Of a DNA stretch of 64,000 nt, positions 7,919-17,213 are shown one piece after another. A program made the position numbers and the translations under genes. Each line of letters opens with the position of its first letter. The stretch's first letter is position 1. The DNA lies in contig JAOAEQ010000003.1 of assembly GCA_026416715.1 (NCBI GenBank), forward strand, positions 11,698 to 75,697, in the 5' to 3' direction. The notes under the pieces are model-generated. The model had not been told where the DNA came from. It made no database searches and was given only the letters and a program-made list of their open reading frames with translations. The stretch comes from a bacterium (GTDB taxonomy: Bacteria; UBP4; UBA4092; JAOAEQ01).

Positions 7919-9865
7919 TTATTGTACATAATTTTTAAGAAATATCATTTCTCGGATTTGCCGATTTATGCGATATACTATATCTCTCGCATATCGCAAT
8001 GCCATAATCCGATTAGCTGAAGCTGGGTTAACTGGTGCTTCGAAAACGTAGTCTATCCGTTCATTCGATGGAATCGAATCAGATATATATAACTGTAAAA
8101 ATTCGGATATCGTTTGCCAATGTTCTTGCCGGTCATCAGCAGAATATGCCGAACCATACTGTCCTTTCGTCCGTTCAATTTGTTTAGCAATATAATGTAA
8201 CTGCGTGACCGCATTATTGATAAACACTAGTTCTTTCTTAATACTTTTTAATTGTTGTTCTGCGCATATCAAATCTTTCAACAGTATATCTGTTTTCTCG
8301 TTTGCAAGATTAACTTCTAGCTGGAGTAACGTACCCAAACTATATGATATTTCTGTACCTAGTTTTTTTGTCTGAGATAATATTTTTCCTAAATATTTAT
8401 TTACTGCAACATTCGTTTGGTTTGCTTGTTGCGAGTTCAATTCAGTGATAATTTCATTAAGTTCGTTTATCTCCTGTTCTACGATACCGAGTTCCGATTT
8501 CAAACGGGCGATATTTTTTTGCGTTAACCTGCTATTAAATTTTTCTCGTGGTATCTGGGTTAAATTACTATCCGAAACTTTGCGAGGCAACCCAAACTGT
8601 ATCCAAGATATGGGCGATTGTGTTATCGCATAGATAATATTTGCTTCATACATACATCCGGTATTAATATCCTCTCTCGTTACCATGATGGTTGGTCCAT
8701 CCTTATATAAAGGCATTTCCCCTTCTTGAAGCCGTGCTAATGTTTCAGGATGGTCTCCAGTTGCAACCAATCGACCGTTACCATTCGTAGCAAAAACCGT
8801 ACTTGCATAATTCGGATTATGTAAATATGGTGCTAACCAATCGCGTGCTTCTTCTTCAGTATTAGCTGGCGGATGCCCTTGATATCGGTTTTGAACCGTA
8901 TCCCAATGATAATAATCATGCGCCCAAGGTTTAGCGGCGTAACGAGCTAAATTGGTATATACTGCCATTGGTTTCGCATTGTCATTCAATACCCGCATTC
9001 CGCCACCACCGTTGTGAAACATATAGAATTCATCATCTAGCCCGTAGAATAGAGGACTTGCAGTATCCAGCACTTTTTCAAGAATTAACCCGCGTCCTCG
9101 AAATGTTACGGTTCCAGCAATTGGAGCTAAATCAAGATAATTATTCGGAAACTCGTCATTGAAATCTCCTTGGGACAGTATGAGTCCTGCCCCGGCGCAG
9201 GTGCCAAAAATTCCGCCGCCGTTCTGAACAAAAGAGCGTATAACCTGTTTGCTTTTTTCTCCAAACGTATACCATGGAGAACCACTATTTCCTCCCAAGC
9301 CCGGTAATACTAGAGCGAGATATTCCGGATATACTAAAGTTCCATCTAATAAATCCATATCTGTGACATACTCGACAGAAAATCCGAGATTATCGAGTAC
9401 ATTAACATGATTATCAGCGCCACCAAGCGAATAATCGGTATCTAAAACCGCTATTTTTCCTTTAACCAGTTTATATGCCGGGATGCTAAACGCTGTTGAT
9501 TCAAAACGACCGATAATACCATGGTGAGTACGTAATCGCCGAAAAACCATAGTTTGTTTATTTGTTAGATTCAAATCAATAATAAACTCTCCTTGATAAA
9601 ATTGTATTCCGGAGATATTTGCGGTAGTTGCACAACGATAAACCGCATAATCGAGTTTGATTAACTCGTTGACAAAGCGGACTACTTCCTTCGGATTATT
9701 TCTGAATTCGTTTATTCCGATTATAAATCCACTATAAGTTCTATTACTTTTTTGCACATTTCCACCAACGTTATGCGATTCAGCGCAACTCATATTACTA
9801 TGGTTGTCAAGAAACACTAGTGAAACTATCCATAATAGGACTATCCAGTATATCTTATTTCTCAT
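7919..9865 (-). CDS. Secreted class-I glutamine-amidotransferase-fold protein with a long C-terminal coiled-coil region
   Basis: Signal peptide MRNKIYWIVLLWIVSLVFL. LALVLPGLGGNSGSPW, GGIFGTCAGAGLIL, ATGDHPETL (the same Cys...HPE arrangement as 6988-7830). The last ~230 aa are heptad-like and rich in charged residues, Gln and Leu (ELGIVEQEINELNEIITELNSQQANQ...). Confidence 0.5.
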   Translation of the reverse strand: MRNKIYWIVLLWIVSLVFLDNHSNMSCAESHNVGGNVQKSNRTYSGFIIGINEFRNNPKEVVRFVNELIKLDYAVYRCATTANISGIQFYQGEFIIDLNLTNKQTMVFRRLRTHHGIIGRFESTAFSIPAYKLVKGKIAVLDTDYSLGGADNHVNVLDNLGFSVEYVTDMDLLDGTLVYPEYLALVLPGLGGNSGSPWYTFGEKSKQVIRSFVQNGGGIFGTCAGAGLILSQGDFNDEFPNNYLDLAPIAGTVTFRGRGLILEKVLDTASPLFYGLDDEFYMFHNGGGGMRVLNDNAKPMAVYTNLARYAAKPWAHDYYHWDTVQNRYQGHPPANTEEEARDWLAPYLHNPNYASTVFATNGNGRLVATGDHPETLARLQEGEMPLYKDGPTIMVTREDINTGCMYEANIIYAITQSPISWIQFGLPRKVSDSNLTQIPREKFNSRLTQKNIARLKSELGIVEQEINELNEIITELNSQQANQTNVAVNKYLGKILSQTKKLGTEISYSLGTLLQLEVNLANEKTDILLKDLICAEQQLKSIKKELVFINNAVTQLHYIAKQIERTKGQYGSAYSADDRQEHWQTISEFLQLYISDSIPSNERIDYVFEAPVNPASANRIMALRYARDIVYRINRQIREMIFLKNYVQ

Positions 9866-9938
9866 CTCTAAACTTTATTCAACTTACGATATCAATCGCT
9901 ATCGTTTTACCAATATGAATGCGGTATCTCGCTCGATA

Positions 9939-11333
9939 TTATTTTTGCAATGCTAAACTAACCGCAGCATTTTCAACCACCTGAGCTACTTCAGGACTAA
10001 ATGGGAACGTCGCGAAAAATTTATATGCATCTCTCGTTTCGTATCCTCCTTCAGCGAGCGCTTCCGCAGTAGGAATATATCCCGAACTACCGTTAGTATA
10101 CCCAGCGATCAGCGTATATCCTGGCAAACGCGATTTGATATTTTTGCCAATTCGGGCAAATATTTCTCCACTTAACCCGATGATACGTACTCCATCGAAC
10201 GCTAGAACGTATACTTCCATAGGCGTTTGAGTTGGTGCTTTACCGGATTCAATTAAACGTAGAGTGTCTTCACCCCATTGAATAAACGCTTCTTTAATTT
10301 TATATTCTGTTGAATTGATATCAGTAATTCGTTCTTTTTCACGTTTAAATTGTTCTAATTGAGCTTGAACTTCTTCTTTCGCTAAAGGTCGCAACGGTAA
10401 TCCGATAATTTTCGATTTTGCATGTACCGAAATAAACTGAGCTGCGATATTCGCCATCTTATGTTGGTCTATAATTAGATTTAATGCCGCATCTGCTATA
10501 GTTCGGCCAAATTGCTCCATTTCATCCCACGTTCCGCCCATAATTACCGGATTTAAGTTACCACACGCACCGTTGATATAGTAGACTTGTAATCCTGGTT
10601 CTGCAAGTTGCATATCCCAGAGTTTCTCTTTCAGTGTTTTAACCACTACTCCCGGAAAGTCAGCGGTAACCTCTCGGTTGGTAAAATCGCGAACAACCGC
10701 ATGACAAGCGAAATTAACTAATACCGCTTGAATTTTGTTATGGATACTTTTGAAAATTACCACTTGCAATGAGTCGTCATGCTCTGGATTCTTGGTGACT
10801 AACGGACCATGGATACCTTTTATTCCTTGTTCTGCGCGACGGTCTAAATTTAATCCTTCAATTGTTCCATGATTATATTCAATATGACCAATTTCTATCA
10901 TATTCTCTGGCGCGATAGCAGAAACAACTAATTCCGGTAATTTTTGGGTTAACTCTTCGATATATTGTGGATTTACCGTTCCTAGATTCTTTCGACGCCG
11001 AGTGATAGGAACTCCCTGGTCAGAATTCGGCGGAATAAACGTAGCTATTGGTCCGGAATGGGTATGCGTACAAGAAATCATAATATTTTCAGGCGGTATA
11101 CCGGTTTTCTCTTGAATCAATTTGCGAATATATGCTACTCCCAAACTGGATAAATTCAATAAATCACATACAATATATACAAATTGATTTTTCTCTTGTT
11201 CAATAACGAACGCCGTTGCAAATAAAGGGTCATGAACTCCGACCATCGGTTGTTGCCGAGCGATAAACCCAGCTAAATCAACCGTTCCTGTTGGAGTTAT
11301 ATCAACTTGGAATGTACCAATTTTACAAGACAT
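9939..11333 (-). CDS. Neutral/alkaline ceramidase-like N-terminal domain protein (metal-dependent amidase family), no signal peptide
   Basis: N-terminus GTFQVDITPTGTVDLAGFIARQQPMVGVHDPLFATAFVIEQ...VYIVCDLL...ENIMISCTHTHSGP follows the conserved pattern of the ceramidase N-terminal domain (DITP..GY...hd.L.aRA.v, sATHTHSGP). Confidence 0.6.
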   Translation of the reverse strand: MSCKIGTFQVDITPTGTVDLAGFIARQQPMVGVHDPLFATAFVIEQEKNQFVYIVCDLLNLSSLGVAYIRKLIQEKTGIPPENIMISCTHTHSGPIATFIPPNSDQGVPITRRRKNLGTVNPQYIEELTQKLPELVVSAIAPENMIEIGHIEYNHGTIEGLNLDRRAEQGIKGIHGPLVTKNPEHDDSLQVVIFKSIHNKIQAVLVNFACHAVVRDFTNREVTADFPGVVVKTLKEKLWDMQLAEPGLQVYYINGACGNLNPVIMGGTWDEMEQFGRTIADAALNLIIDQHKMANIAAQFISVHAKSKIIGLPLRPLAKEEVQAQLEQFKREKERITDINSTEYKIKEAFIQWGEDTLRLIESGKAPTQTPMEVYVLAFDGVRIIGLSGEIFARIGKNIKSRLPGYTLIAGYTNGSSGYIPTAEALAEGGYETRDAYKFFATFPFSPEVAQVVENAAVSLALQK

Positions 11334-11420
11334 ACTTTCCTTTTTTACCCGTATCCTTTCTCGATAAAAAAATCAAAATCAATTGTTTACTCACCTGGTA
11401 ACCAATGGCAATTATGTTTC

Positions 11421-12398
11421 CTATAATTTTAATGGATAGGTACCATACCGTATAAATGTTTCTGCCATCGCTTGAATTTTCTCCCAATTATGTCCGGCAG
11501 CTTCTGGAGAAGCATACCATTGGGCAATAAACCCACCATTGAACTTACCGAATTCTCTCATTAATTTTTTAGCATAGGTAATAACGTCATCTATTGAACC
11601 TTCAATCATAGTTTTTTGGATATCAACTGGACACCAGAAGCATATTCTTCCACCAAACCGTTTCGCTAGAGTTTCAACCCCCATATTCTCCTGTTGATCC
11701 ATCTGAATCACATCAAGACCCATATCGATAAAATCATCCAACAGATCTATAATATATCCGCAACTGTGGAGAAAAGTAAGCAGATTTAACCGGTGCGCGA
11801 TGGTATAAACTTTTTGGTATCGTGGTTTAAAATATCGTTGAAACATTTCCGGCGATAATATCGGGCGGTCTTGAAATCCCCAATCGTCACAGGAAAATAT
11901 TCCATCGACACCTAATTCCGCAAACTGTTTTACAGCTTGGATTGCTATTTCGGTTAACATATCAAGCAACTGTTCAAGTTGCTCTGGAAATAAATAGACA
12001 TCAGTATATGCCTGTTCAAGTCCCCGTAAATTCTGCAGACGATAGATAAAACTACAGGGAACCACCGCTAAAACAAATTTTTCATCCGTATTTTCCGCTA
12101 TCAATTTTCTCGCCGTCAGATAACGTTCGCTAATATCATATCGAGGGAATCGAAAATATTTCAGTTTTTCGTAATCATCTAAAGGATGAAATTTAACCTG
12201 CCCCATCGTTTTATCGGATTCTAGTTTTTCCCAGATACAACCCCATTCATCTTCCCCAGGACGGTTAGGTTTCCAATTCGGGTCAGGGTCAATACCTACC
12301 CGCAAAAAATCACTCCCGAAAGGTTCCGGCAATTCATACGGTATTCGGTCTGGTCCTTGAAATAACACAGCACGTCGAACTCGTTCCCGACTAGTCAT
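11421..12398 (-). CDS. Uroporphyrinogen decarboxylase (URO-D/MtaA-like) family protein
   Basis: MTSRERVRRAVLFQGPDRIPYELP is the typical N-terminus of non-HemE URO-D family members. The ~325 aa length and TIM-barrel-like alternation fit. Start overlaps the upstream gene by 8 nt. Confidence 0.6.
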   Translation of the reverse strand: MTSRERVRRAVLFQGPDRIPYELPEPFGSDFLRVGIDPDPNWKPNRPGEDEWGCIWEKLESDKTMGQVKFHPLDDYEKLKYFRFPRYDISERYLTARKLIAENTDEKFVLAVVPCSFIYRLQNLRGLEQAYTDVYLFPEQLEQLLDMLTEIAIQAVKQFAELGVDGIFSCDDWGFQDRPILSPEMFQRYFKPRYQKVYTIAHRLNLLTFLHSCGYIIDLLDDFIDMGLDVIQMDQQENMGVETLAKRFGGRICFWCPVDIQKTMIEGSIDDVITYAKKLMREFGKFNGGFIAQWYASPEAAGHNWEKIQAMAETFIRYGTYPLKL

Positions 12399-14985
12399 AA
12401 TAATTTATACGTTTCGTTCCCGTACTTTTTGCGGCTATCCGCCAAACCATAGCTCGTTTCGACTCTAGAACAACGGAGATACCAGTTTGGGTTAATTCCT
12501 TTCCAGTAATATGTGGATAAATGACCGTATCATTATAGCAATCCGTTACCATATAATTATTAGCTGGTGGCAAATTTACCTGAACGGTAACGTGTTGATT
12601 CTGTGTCGTTTCGTTATAACAAATCAAATAATAAACCGAATCTTTCTGTAACAAGACGGAACGTATATTCGTTCCTCCATGTAGTTTTACATCTCTATGG
12701 CATCCCGCATAATGCGCTATTATGTCTAACAACCACGAACAATACCCATTTTGATCATTACTTTTCCAATCGACCACGCCGGAAATAAAATACACGCTAC
12801 CTTTTCCCAAACGCCATCCGATAATTCCAGGGGTACCATCTTGACGGTAAGCATAAACTGTATATTGCTTCGATATTTTTTTCGGCAGTTCAATCGGAAA
12901 ATGTATTGGTAGACCAATAATTCGTTCCCAACCTTTTTGAACGGTCTGTATGCGTTGTGTCGTTCCCTGTTCTTTCAGCGGATACATAAATCCTAATTTT
13001 TTTAACAGACTTGCATCTGACTCAGACGTAGGAGTATATCTGCCAGAATCAGCAAATACTAATAAATGTCCTCCCGCTTGAACATAATGAACTAGACGAT
13101 TCATAGTCGATTCCGGTAAAATTTCCGAATCAAGGTCAATAATTAATTTATAGGGGAGTTCCGTTAAATCCGAGTAATCGGAAAACCATTCAAAGCTAAA
13201 TCCGGAATCGTTTATTGTATCAATAAAATTGACTCCGTTATTAATCAATTCATTCCCACGAAAGTAATAGCTAGTATAGAATGTTTTCTCCCGAGCTAAT
13301 TGCGTGGCAAATGAACCGAGAATACCGATAGATTTCGAAATAGGTTTAGCTCGGGCGAGTTCGTGAAATACCGGTCGCCATCGAGCGAAATCGCCAGTAT
13401 AAATTCCTTGCGTACTCACCGGTCGTAATCCGATATGCCCGATTACTCCGGAACGGAAATTTTGTAACATTTCAGCATCGAATACTTCTCGGGTTACCGC
13501 CGGCGGTATCCAATAATCTTCGGTTAAACATCGCACTCCATTTTTCCGACAGATATGACCATACACTTCGTTTGTAAACGGCCCGTAGATGGAAGCATTG
13601 AATATTGCATGATATTTTTTAAACGGGATAAGATAGGTATCCAAAATTCCCGGTCGTAATCCAAACCCATAAATCCATCGTGTGCTATCTAAAGCGCGGA
13701 TAACCTGAAACTGTTGTTCCCGTAACTTTGATATTAAATCAACTTTAAACAACTGAAAATCGAACCATATTGGACGTCGGTCAAGTCGGTGTGTCCATTG
13801 CGGTTGAGGTAAGTCTATTTCAGGGTAATTATTATAATAATTTCCGTATCTCCTATTGATTTCCGTCAATGGATATCGCTGTTTGAGATACTGTTGGAAC
13901 GCATTCCGAGCATGTGATGAATAATCAAGAAGATATAACGGTTTGCTGGTGTCACCGTGAACCCAAGCGTCTACATCCCAAACCGGAACCTCAGTATATA
14001 AATTGTCATTATTACAAAATGATATATTCCACCCAAGAATAATATCACGGGAGCGATATCGTTCGACTACTTTCCGTGTCAGGTTTAATACCGCTAGACG
14101 AAACGAATCACTCGCATACGAGGGGATTGAAAACCCCGGTGCGTAACTAAGTAAGTTGTGGGGATGGGTTATTGAAATATTCGGTTGCGCCATATAATCA
14201 TTCCCTGTGATCCATAACGGTTTCATTCCTTCCGACCAGACTATGCTTATAATAATTGGAATCCCGAGTTCTTCAGCCCACTGAACGTGATTATCTAATA
14301 ATTCCCAGTCGAATTTCTCCGGTTCTGGTTCTAAAAGATACCACCATTGCCGAACATCAACCACTTCACAGCCAGCTAATTTACGGTCATATAAATCCCA
14401 TTTGGAACTTGTCCAACCGGTAACATTAGCGCAACCGTGCATTGCACTATATATAACGTCATCGGTTAAAAGTTTATGTAAATATTCTTTTGAAACCGGT
14501 TGATTCTTTTTTTCGATTTCTTGAAGTATTGCTGATACCCCTTTAATTACTAACGAAAATGTTGTATCGAGAAGGATATTCTGCTCATATTGAACTTGCA
14601 GCGTGACGTAGTACTGTTCATGGTCTGGCTGGATTCGTTTCGGGAAAGAAAGTGGATTCCATCGTAACGAAATCTTTTTTTGTTGCGATCGTAACCCTAC
14701 GGAATAACGATAGTGATATACCTGACGTTGCGTTTTACTATCGAATACTGCAAACTGAAATGGTATCGCTATTTCATTGCTAATATTATCAAATTCAATA
14801 TCCGCGATAAACACTGAATTAATCCCGGATGACACCGTATAAACCATATTTTCGCCAGAAATAAATTTATTGATATGCGGAATTGAAGTTAGTTCTGTGG
14901 GATAGCACATACCGGTCAAAATACACAATACTCCTACAATATTAATACATCTAATTAGTTTTATTGGTTTCATTATCGTTGTCAA
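12391..14985 (-). CDS. Membrane-anchored or secreted GH42-like glycoside hydrolase (beta-galactosidase-like TIM barrel plus trimerisation-type domain)
   Basis: Hydrophobic N-terminus IRCINIVGVLCILTGMC. VVDVRQWWYLLEPEPEKFDWELLDNHVQWAEELGIPIIISI resembles the GH42 aW..lEP.eG.fdw..LD motif. YLKQRYPLTEINRRYGN and DFQLFKVDLISKLREQQFQVIRALD also fit GH42. C-terminal VQAGGHLLVFADSGRY resembles the GH42 trimerisation/GATase-like domain. An alternative ATG start at 14973 is possible. Confidence 0.5.
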   Translation of the reverse strand: MTTIMKPIKLIRCINIVGVLCILTGMCYPTELTSIPHINKFISGENMVYTVSSGINSVFIADIEFDNISNEIAIPFQFAVFDSKTQRQVYHYRYSVGLRSQQKKISLRWNPLSFPKRIQPDHEQYYVTLQVQYEQNILLDTTFSLVIKGVSAILQEIEKKNQPVSKEYLHKLLTDDVIYSAMHGCANVTGWTSSKWDLYDRKLAGCEVVDVRQWWYLLEPEPEKFDWELLDNHVQWAEELGIPIIISIVWSEGMKPLWITGNDYMAQPNISITHPHNLLSYAPGFSIPSYASDSFRLAVLNLTRKVVERYRSRDIILGWNISFCNNDNLYTEVPVWDVDAWVHGDTSKPLYLLDYSSHARNAFQQYLKQRYPLTEINRRYGNYYNNYPEIDLPQPQWTHRLDRRPIWFDFQLFKVDLISKLREQQFQVIRALDSTRWIYGFGLRPGILDTYLIPFKKYHAIFNASIYGPFTNEVYGHICRKNGVRCLTEDYWIPPAVTREVFDAEMLQNFRSGVIGHIGLRPVSTQGIYTGDFARWRPVFHELARAKPISKSIGILGSFATQLAREKTFYTSYYFRGNELINNGVNFIDTINDSGFSFEWFSDYSDLTELPYKLIIDLDSEILPESTMNRLVHYVQAGGHLLVFADSGRYTPTSESDASLLKKLGFMYPLKEQGTTQRIQTVQKGWERIIGLPIHFPIELPKKISKQYTVYAYRQDGTPGIIGWRLGKGSVYFISGVVDWKSNDQNGYCSWLLDIIAHYAGCHRDVKLHGGTNIRSVLLQKDSVYYLICYNETTQNQHVTVQVNLPPANNYMVTDCYNDTVIYPHITGKELTQTGISVVLESKRAMVWRIAAKSTGTKRINYYD

Positions 14986-15799
14986 ATAAAAATATTTTCC
15001 GGTGTTCTAATTCAGGATAATTCGGTGCAATCGTGTTCGTATAGATATAAATTGGTTTTGATTGAACACGTTGTGGAATATATGAGCTATCAGAAACGGA
15101 AACGGTACATGAACCTTGACTTAATGCTACCAATAACGCAGTACTACTCGCAGACAACATGGTAATCGTTGCTATCGACCAATTACTTGTTGTCCATTGT
15201 GTATATGGCGATAAACCGCCGGAAACTCGAAATATCGTGCTTTGTCCAACTGGAATAAAAAGTTCAGCGGTCGGTTGTAATATAAGTTCCGGCATTGGAT
15301 ACACAAAACAATCATCGAACCAGACTTGACTTGGGATAGAGCCAACTGGTGTAGAATTATTGAATAAACAGAATGAACCATACGCTGCATTTGCTGGTGC
15401 AATGGCTATTCCCGATAACGGGTGCCAATTTGCTGTATAGGTTCCTACCGTAGATATACTCGTGGAAACAATAAGATTCTCGTTACCATCATACCAGTTA
15501 ACTCTACACCCAATTGTTCCCGGTGAAATAATGTTTTCCCAACGGAGCCAGCCGCCATATAGATACCCTTGGTTAGGGATAGCTGGAAAATACCCACTTT
15601 GCGATAGAGTATCACGACTAATCCGCCATTGAACTTCAGTAGTCTGTCCGGAAAATCTTCGTAATAAGATACTGTTACTTCCAGAACGTACAACGGTCGA
15701 GTCAATAGTTGCATCAGAACTATTACCATTCCATCGTATCCAAAACGCTGGTACGGACTGGGCAGTATATATCGATTCAGATTCACTATTGATTATCAA
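14951..15799 (-). CDS. CBM4_9-like carbohydrate-binding module plus Ig-like domain plus C-terminal tail. Probably the detached C-terminal part of the gene at 15806-17119.
   Basis: No signal peptide and no ATG near the 5' end (only a TTG at 15799). It is in the same reading frame as 15806-17119, separated only by TAA-TCT-ACG. CBM-like features: WIRWNG...VVRSGSNSILL...GYLYGGWLRW...NWHPLSG..VWFDDCFVYP. Ig module VSGGLSPYTQWTTSNWSI. Tail IAPNYPELEHRKIFLFDNDNE... Confidence 0.5.
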   Translation of the reverse strand: MIINSESESIYTAQSVPAFWIRWNGNSSDATIDSTVVRSGSNSILLRRFSGQTTEVQWRISRDTLSQSGYFPAIPNQGYLYGGWLRWENIISPGTIGCRVNWYDGNENLIVSTSISTVGTYTANWHPLSGIAIAPANAAYGSFCLFNNSTPVGSIPSQVWFDDCFVYPMPELILQPTAELFIPVGQSTIFRVSGGLSPYTQWTTSNWSIATITMLSASSTALLVALSQGSCTVSVSDSSYIPQRVQSKPIYIYTNTIAPNYPELEHRKIFLFDNDNETNKTN

Positions 15800-15805
15800 C
15801 GTAGA

Positions 15806-17119
15806 TTATGTTCCATACCCGATTTTTAACCCGCACGAAATATCGTCAAACATACTATACGCTCCATTATTTGCATTGACTAGACTCAATTGAACTTCCA
15901 TTGTTTTTGCACCGGCTGGCACCTGGTATTCACCGTGTAACAACACCCAATTGTTGTTTGAACTGCCCGTAGTTAGTATTGTTAACGCACCATAATAAGT
16001 AGGTGCATCAAGTTTATCATCATAACTACGAACTTGAACCTGAACCTGACCGGTAGAGACATTTGCCCATTTTGCTCGAACCGAACAAACATACGTGGCT
16101 AACGAGCTCACCGCAAATCGTTGACTTTTAATACCGTTATTACTGGTTGTACTCGTGCTATACAAAAAAATTGATTTATTGCCACTATATTTATCGGAAG
16201 TAGCGGTAGTATAATAAAAATCGTTACCGAATGGTTCCCACAACCGAATAGGTTCGTTTTTCAATACAAAAGAAACTACAACAGGTCGATGGTCTGACGC
16301 AGATGTTGCCGACCCATAATTGGGAACATAGCAGGTGGTCACAGTGAAAGTAACCGGTTGTGGAATGAATATATAATCAAACCGCGCATTCGGATTTGGA
16401 TTGGATAAAGTATATCCACCACTATCACTCCCGGTATATACCTTCCACGCATCGCGCATATATTGTTTAATTCTGGTCACTGCTGGCCAAGTATATGATT
16501 CATTAAAATCGCCAGCGAGCACTTTTACTCCCGTATGTTCTCCCATAAACGTTAGAATTTCTTCAGCGCTTATTTTCCGTTCAGTAGAATTTGTTGCACC
16601 ATTTGCCAAATGGGTAACGTAAAACCAGAAATCGGAACCAGCAACTTTTATTTTTGTTCGCAGACAACCCCGCTGTTCGTTCGATGACGGTTCACGAGTG
16701 AGTAACCGATTATAACTTGAAGTAATTGCATAACGAGATATCACGGCATTACCATAATCCCCTTCTAAAAAAAAGTATGTATTTTTACCAAATGCGGAGT
16801 ACCAGGTTCCTCCTAAACGCGTTTGTATTTTATTCCGTAAAGAAGTAACCTGGTCACCGTAAATCCCTCCGCCGCCGAAAATCTCGTTAATGCCAACAAT
16901 ATCGGGATTCTCTTGCGCAATAACTTCCGCAATAGTATCTAAATTTACATTCCCTCTTCCTATATTGTATGTCATGAGTTTAATAGAAAAGGTAGTGCTT
17001 ATCCCTTCTGAATATTCAAAACCAGAATTAAGTATTAGGTTATATGGCATCGCCGAACTAAAAGTTATGTTGACCAATAGCAGCAAAAATAGAATTATGG
17101 ATACCCTGTTTCTTTGCAT
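15806..17119 (-). CDS. Secreted endonuclease/exonuclease/phosphatase (EEP) family protein plus CBM4_9-like module
   Basis: Signal peptide MQRNRVSIILFLLLLVNITFSSA. IKLMTYNIGRGNVNLDTIAEVIAQENPDIVGINEI and SDHRPVVVSF are the classic first and last EEP motifs. The C-terminal ~130 aa form a jelly-roll CBM-like module (KSIFLYS...YVCSVRAKW...WVLLHGEYQVPAGAKTMEVQL..FDDISCG). Confidence 0.7.
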   Translation of the reverse strand: MQRNRVSIILFLLLLVNITFSSAMPYNLILNSGFEYSEGISTTFSIKLMTYNIGRGNVNLDTIAEVIAQENPDIVGINEIFGGGGIYGDQVTSLRNKIQTRLGGTWYSAFGKNTYFFLEGDYGNAVISRYAITSSYNRLLTREPSSNEQRGCLRTKIKVAGSDFWFYVTHLANGATNSTERKISAEEILTFMGEHTGVKVLAGDFNESYTWPAVTRIKQYMRDAWKVYTGSDSGGYTLSNPNPNARFDYIFIPQPVTFTVTTCYVPNYGSATSASDHRPVVVSFVLKNEPIRLWEPFGNDFYYTTATSDKYSGNKSIFLYSTSTTSNNGIKSQRFAVSSLATYVCSVRAKWANVSTGQVQVQVRSYDDKLDAPTYYGALTILTTGSSNNNWVLLHGEYQVPAGAKTMEVQLSLVNANNGAYSMFDDISCGLKIGYGT

Positions 17120-17213
17120 AAGTTTTATTGTTAGTCTAATCTTTGCCCTAAATTTTAATCAGCTTTCACCATTGATCCTCTCGAGTTTCGCGAGAGGGAT
17201 TTATATTTTATAA

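Noticed and set aside
15172-15786. Alternative-frame minus-strand ORFs of 76 and 113 aa within the CBM-Ig gene
   Set aside because: They overlap a frame with clear CBM and Ig-module similarity to neighbouring proteins. No independent support.
17150-17213. Hairpin CCTCTCG...CGAGAGG just downstream of the GH20-like stop, considered as a terminator
   Set aside because: The stem is short, contains an XhoI-like self-palindrome, and no T-tract follows on the transcribed strand.
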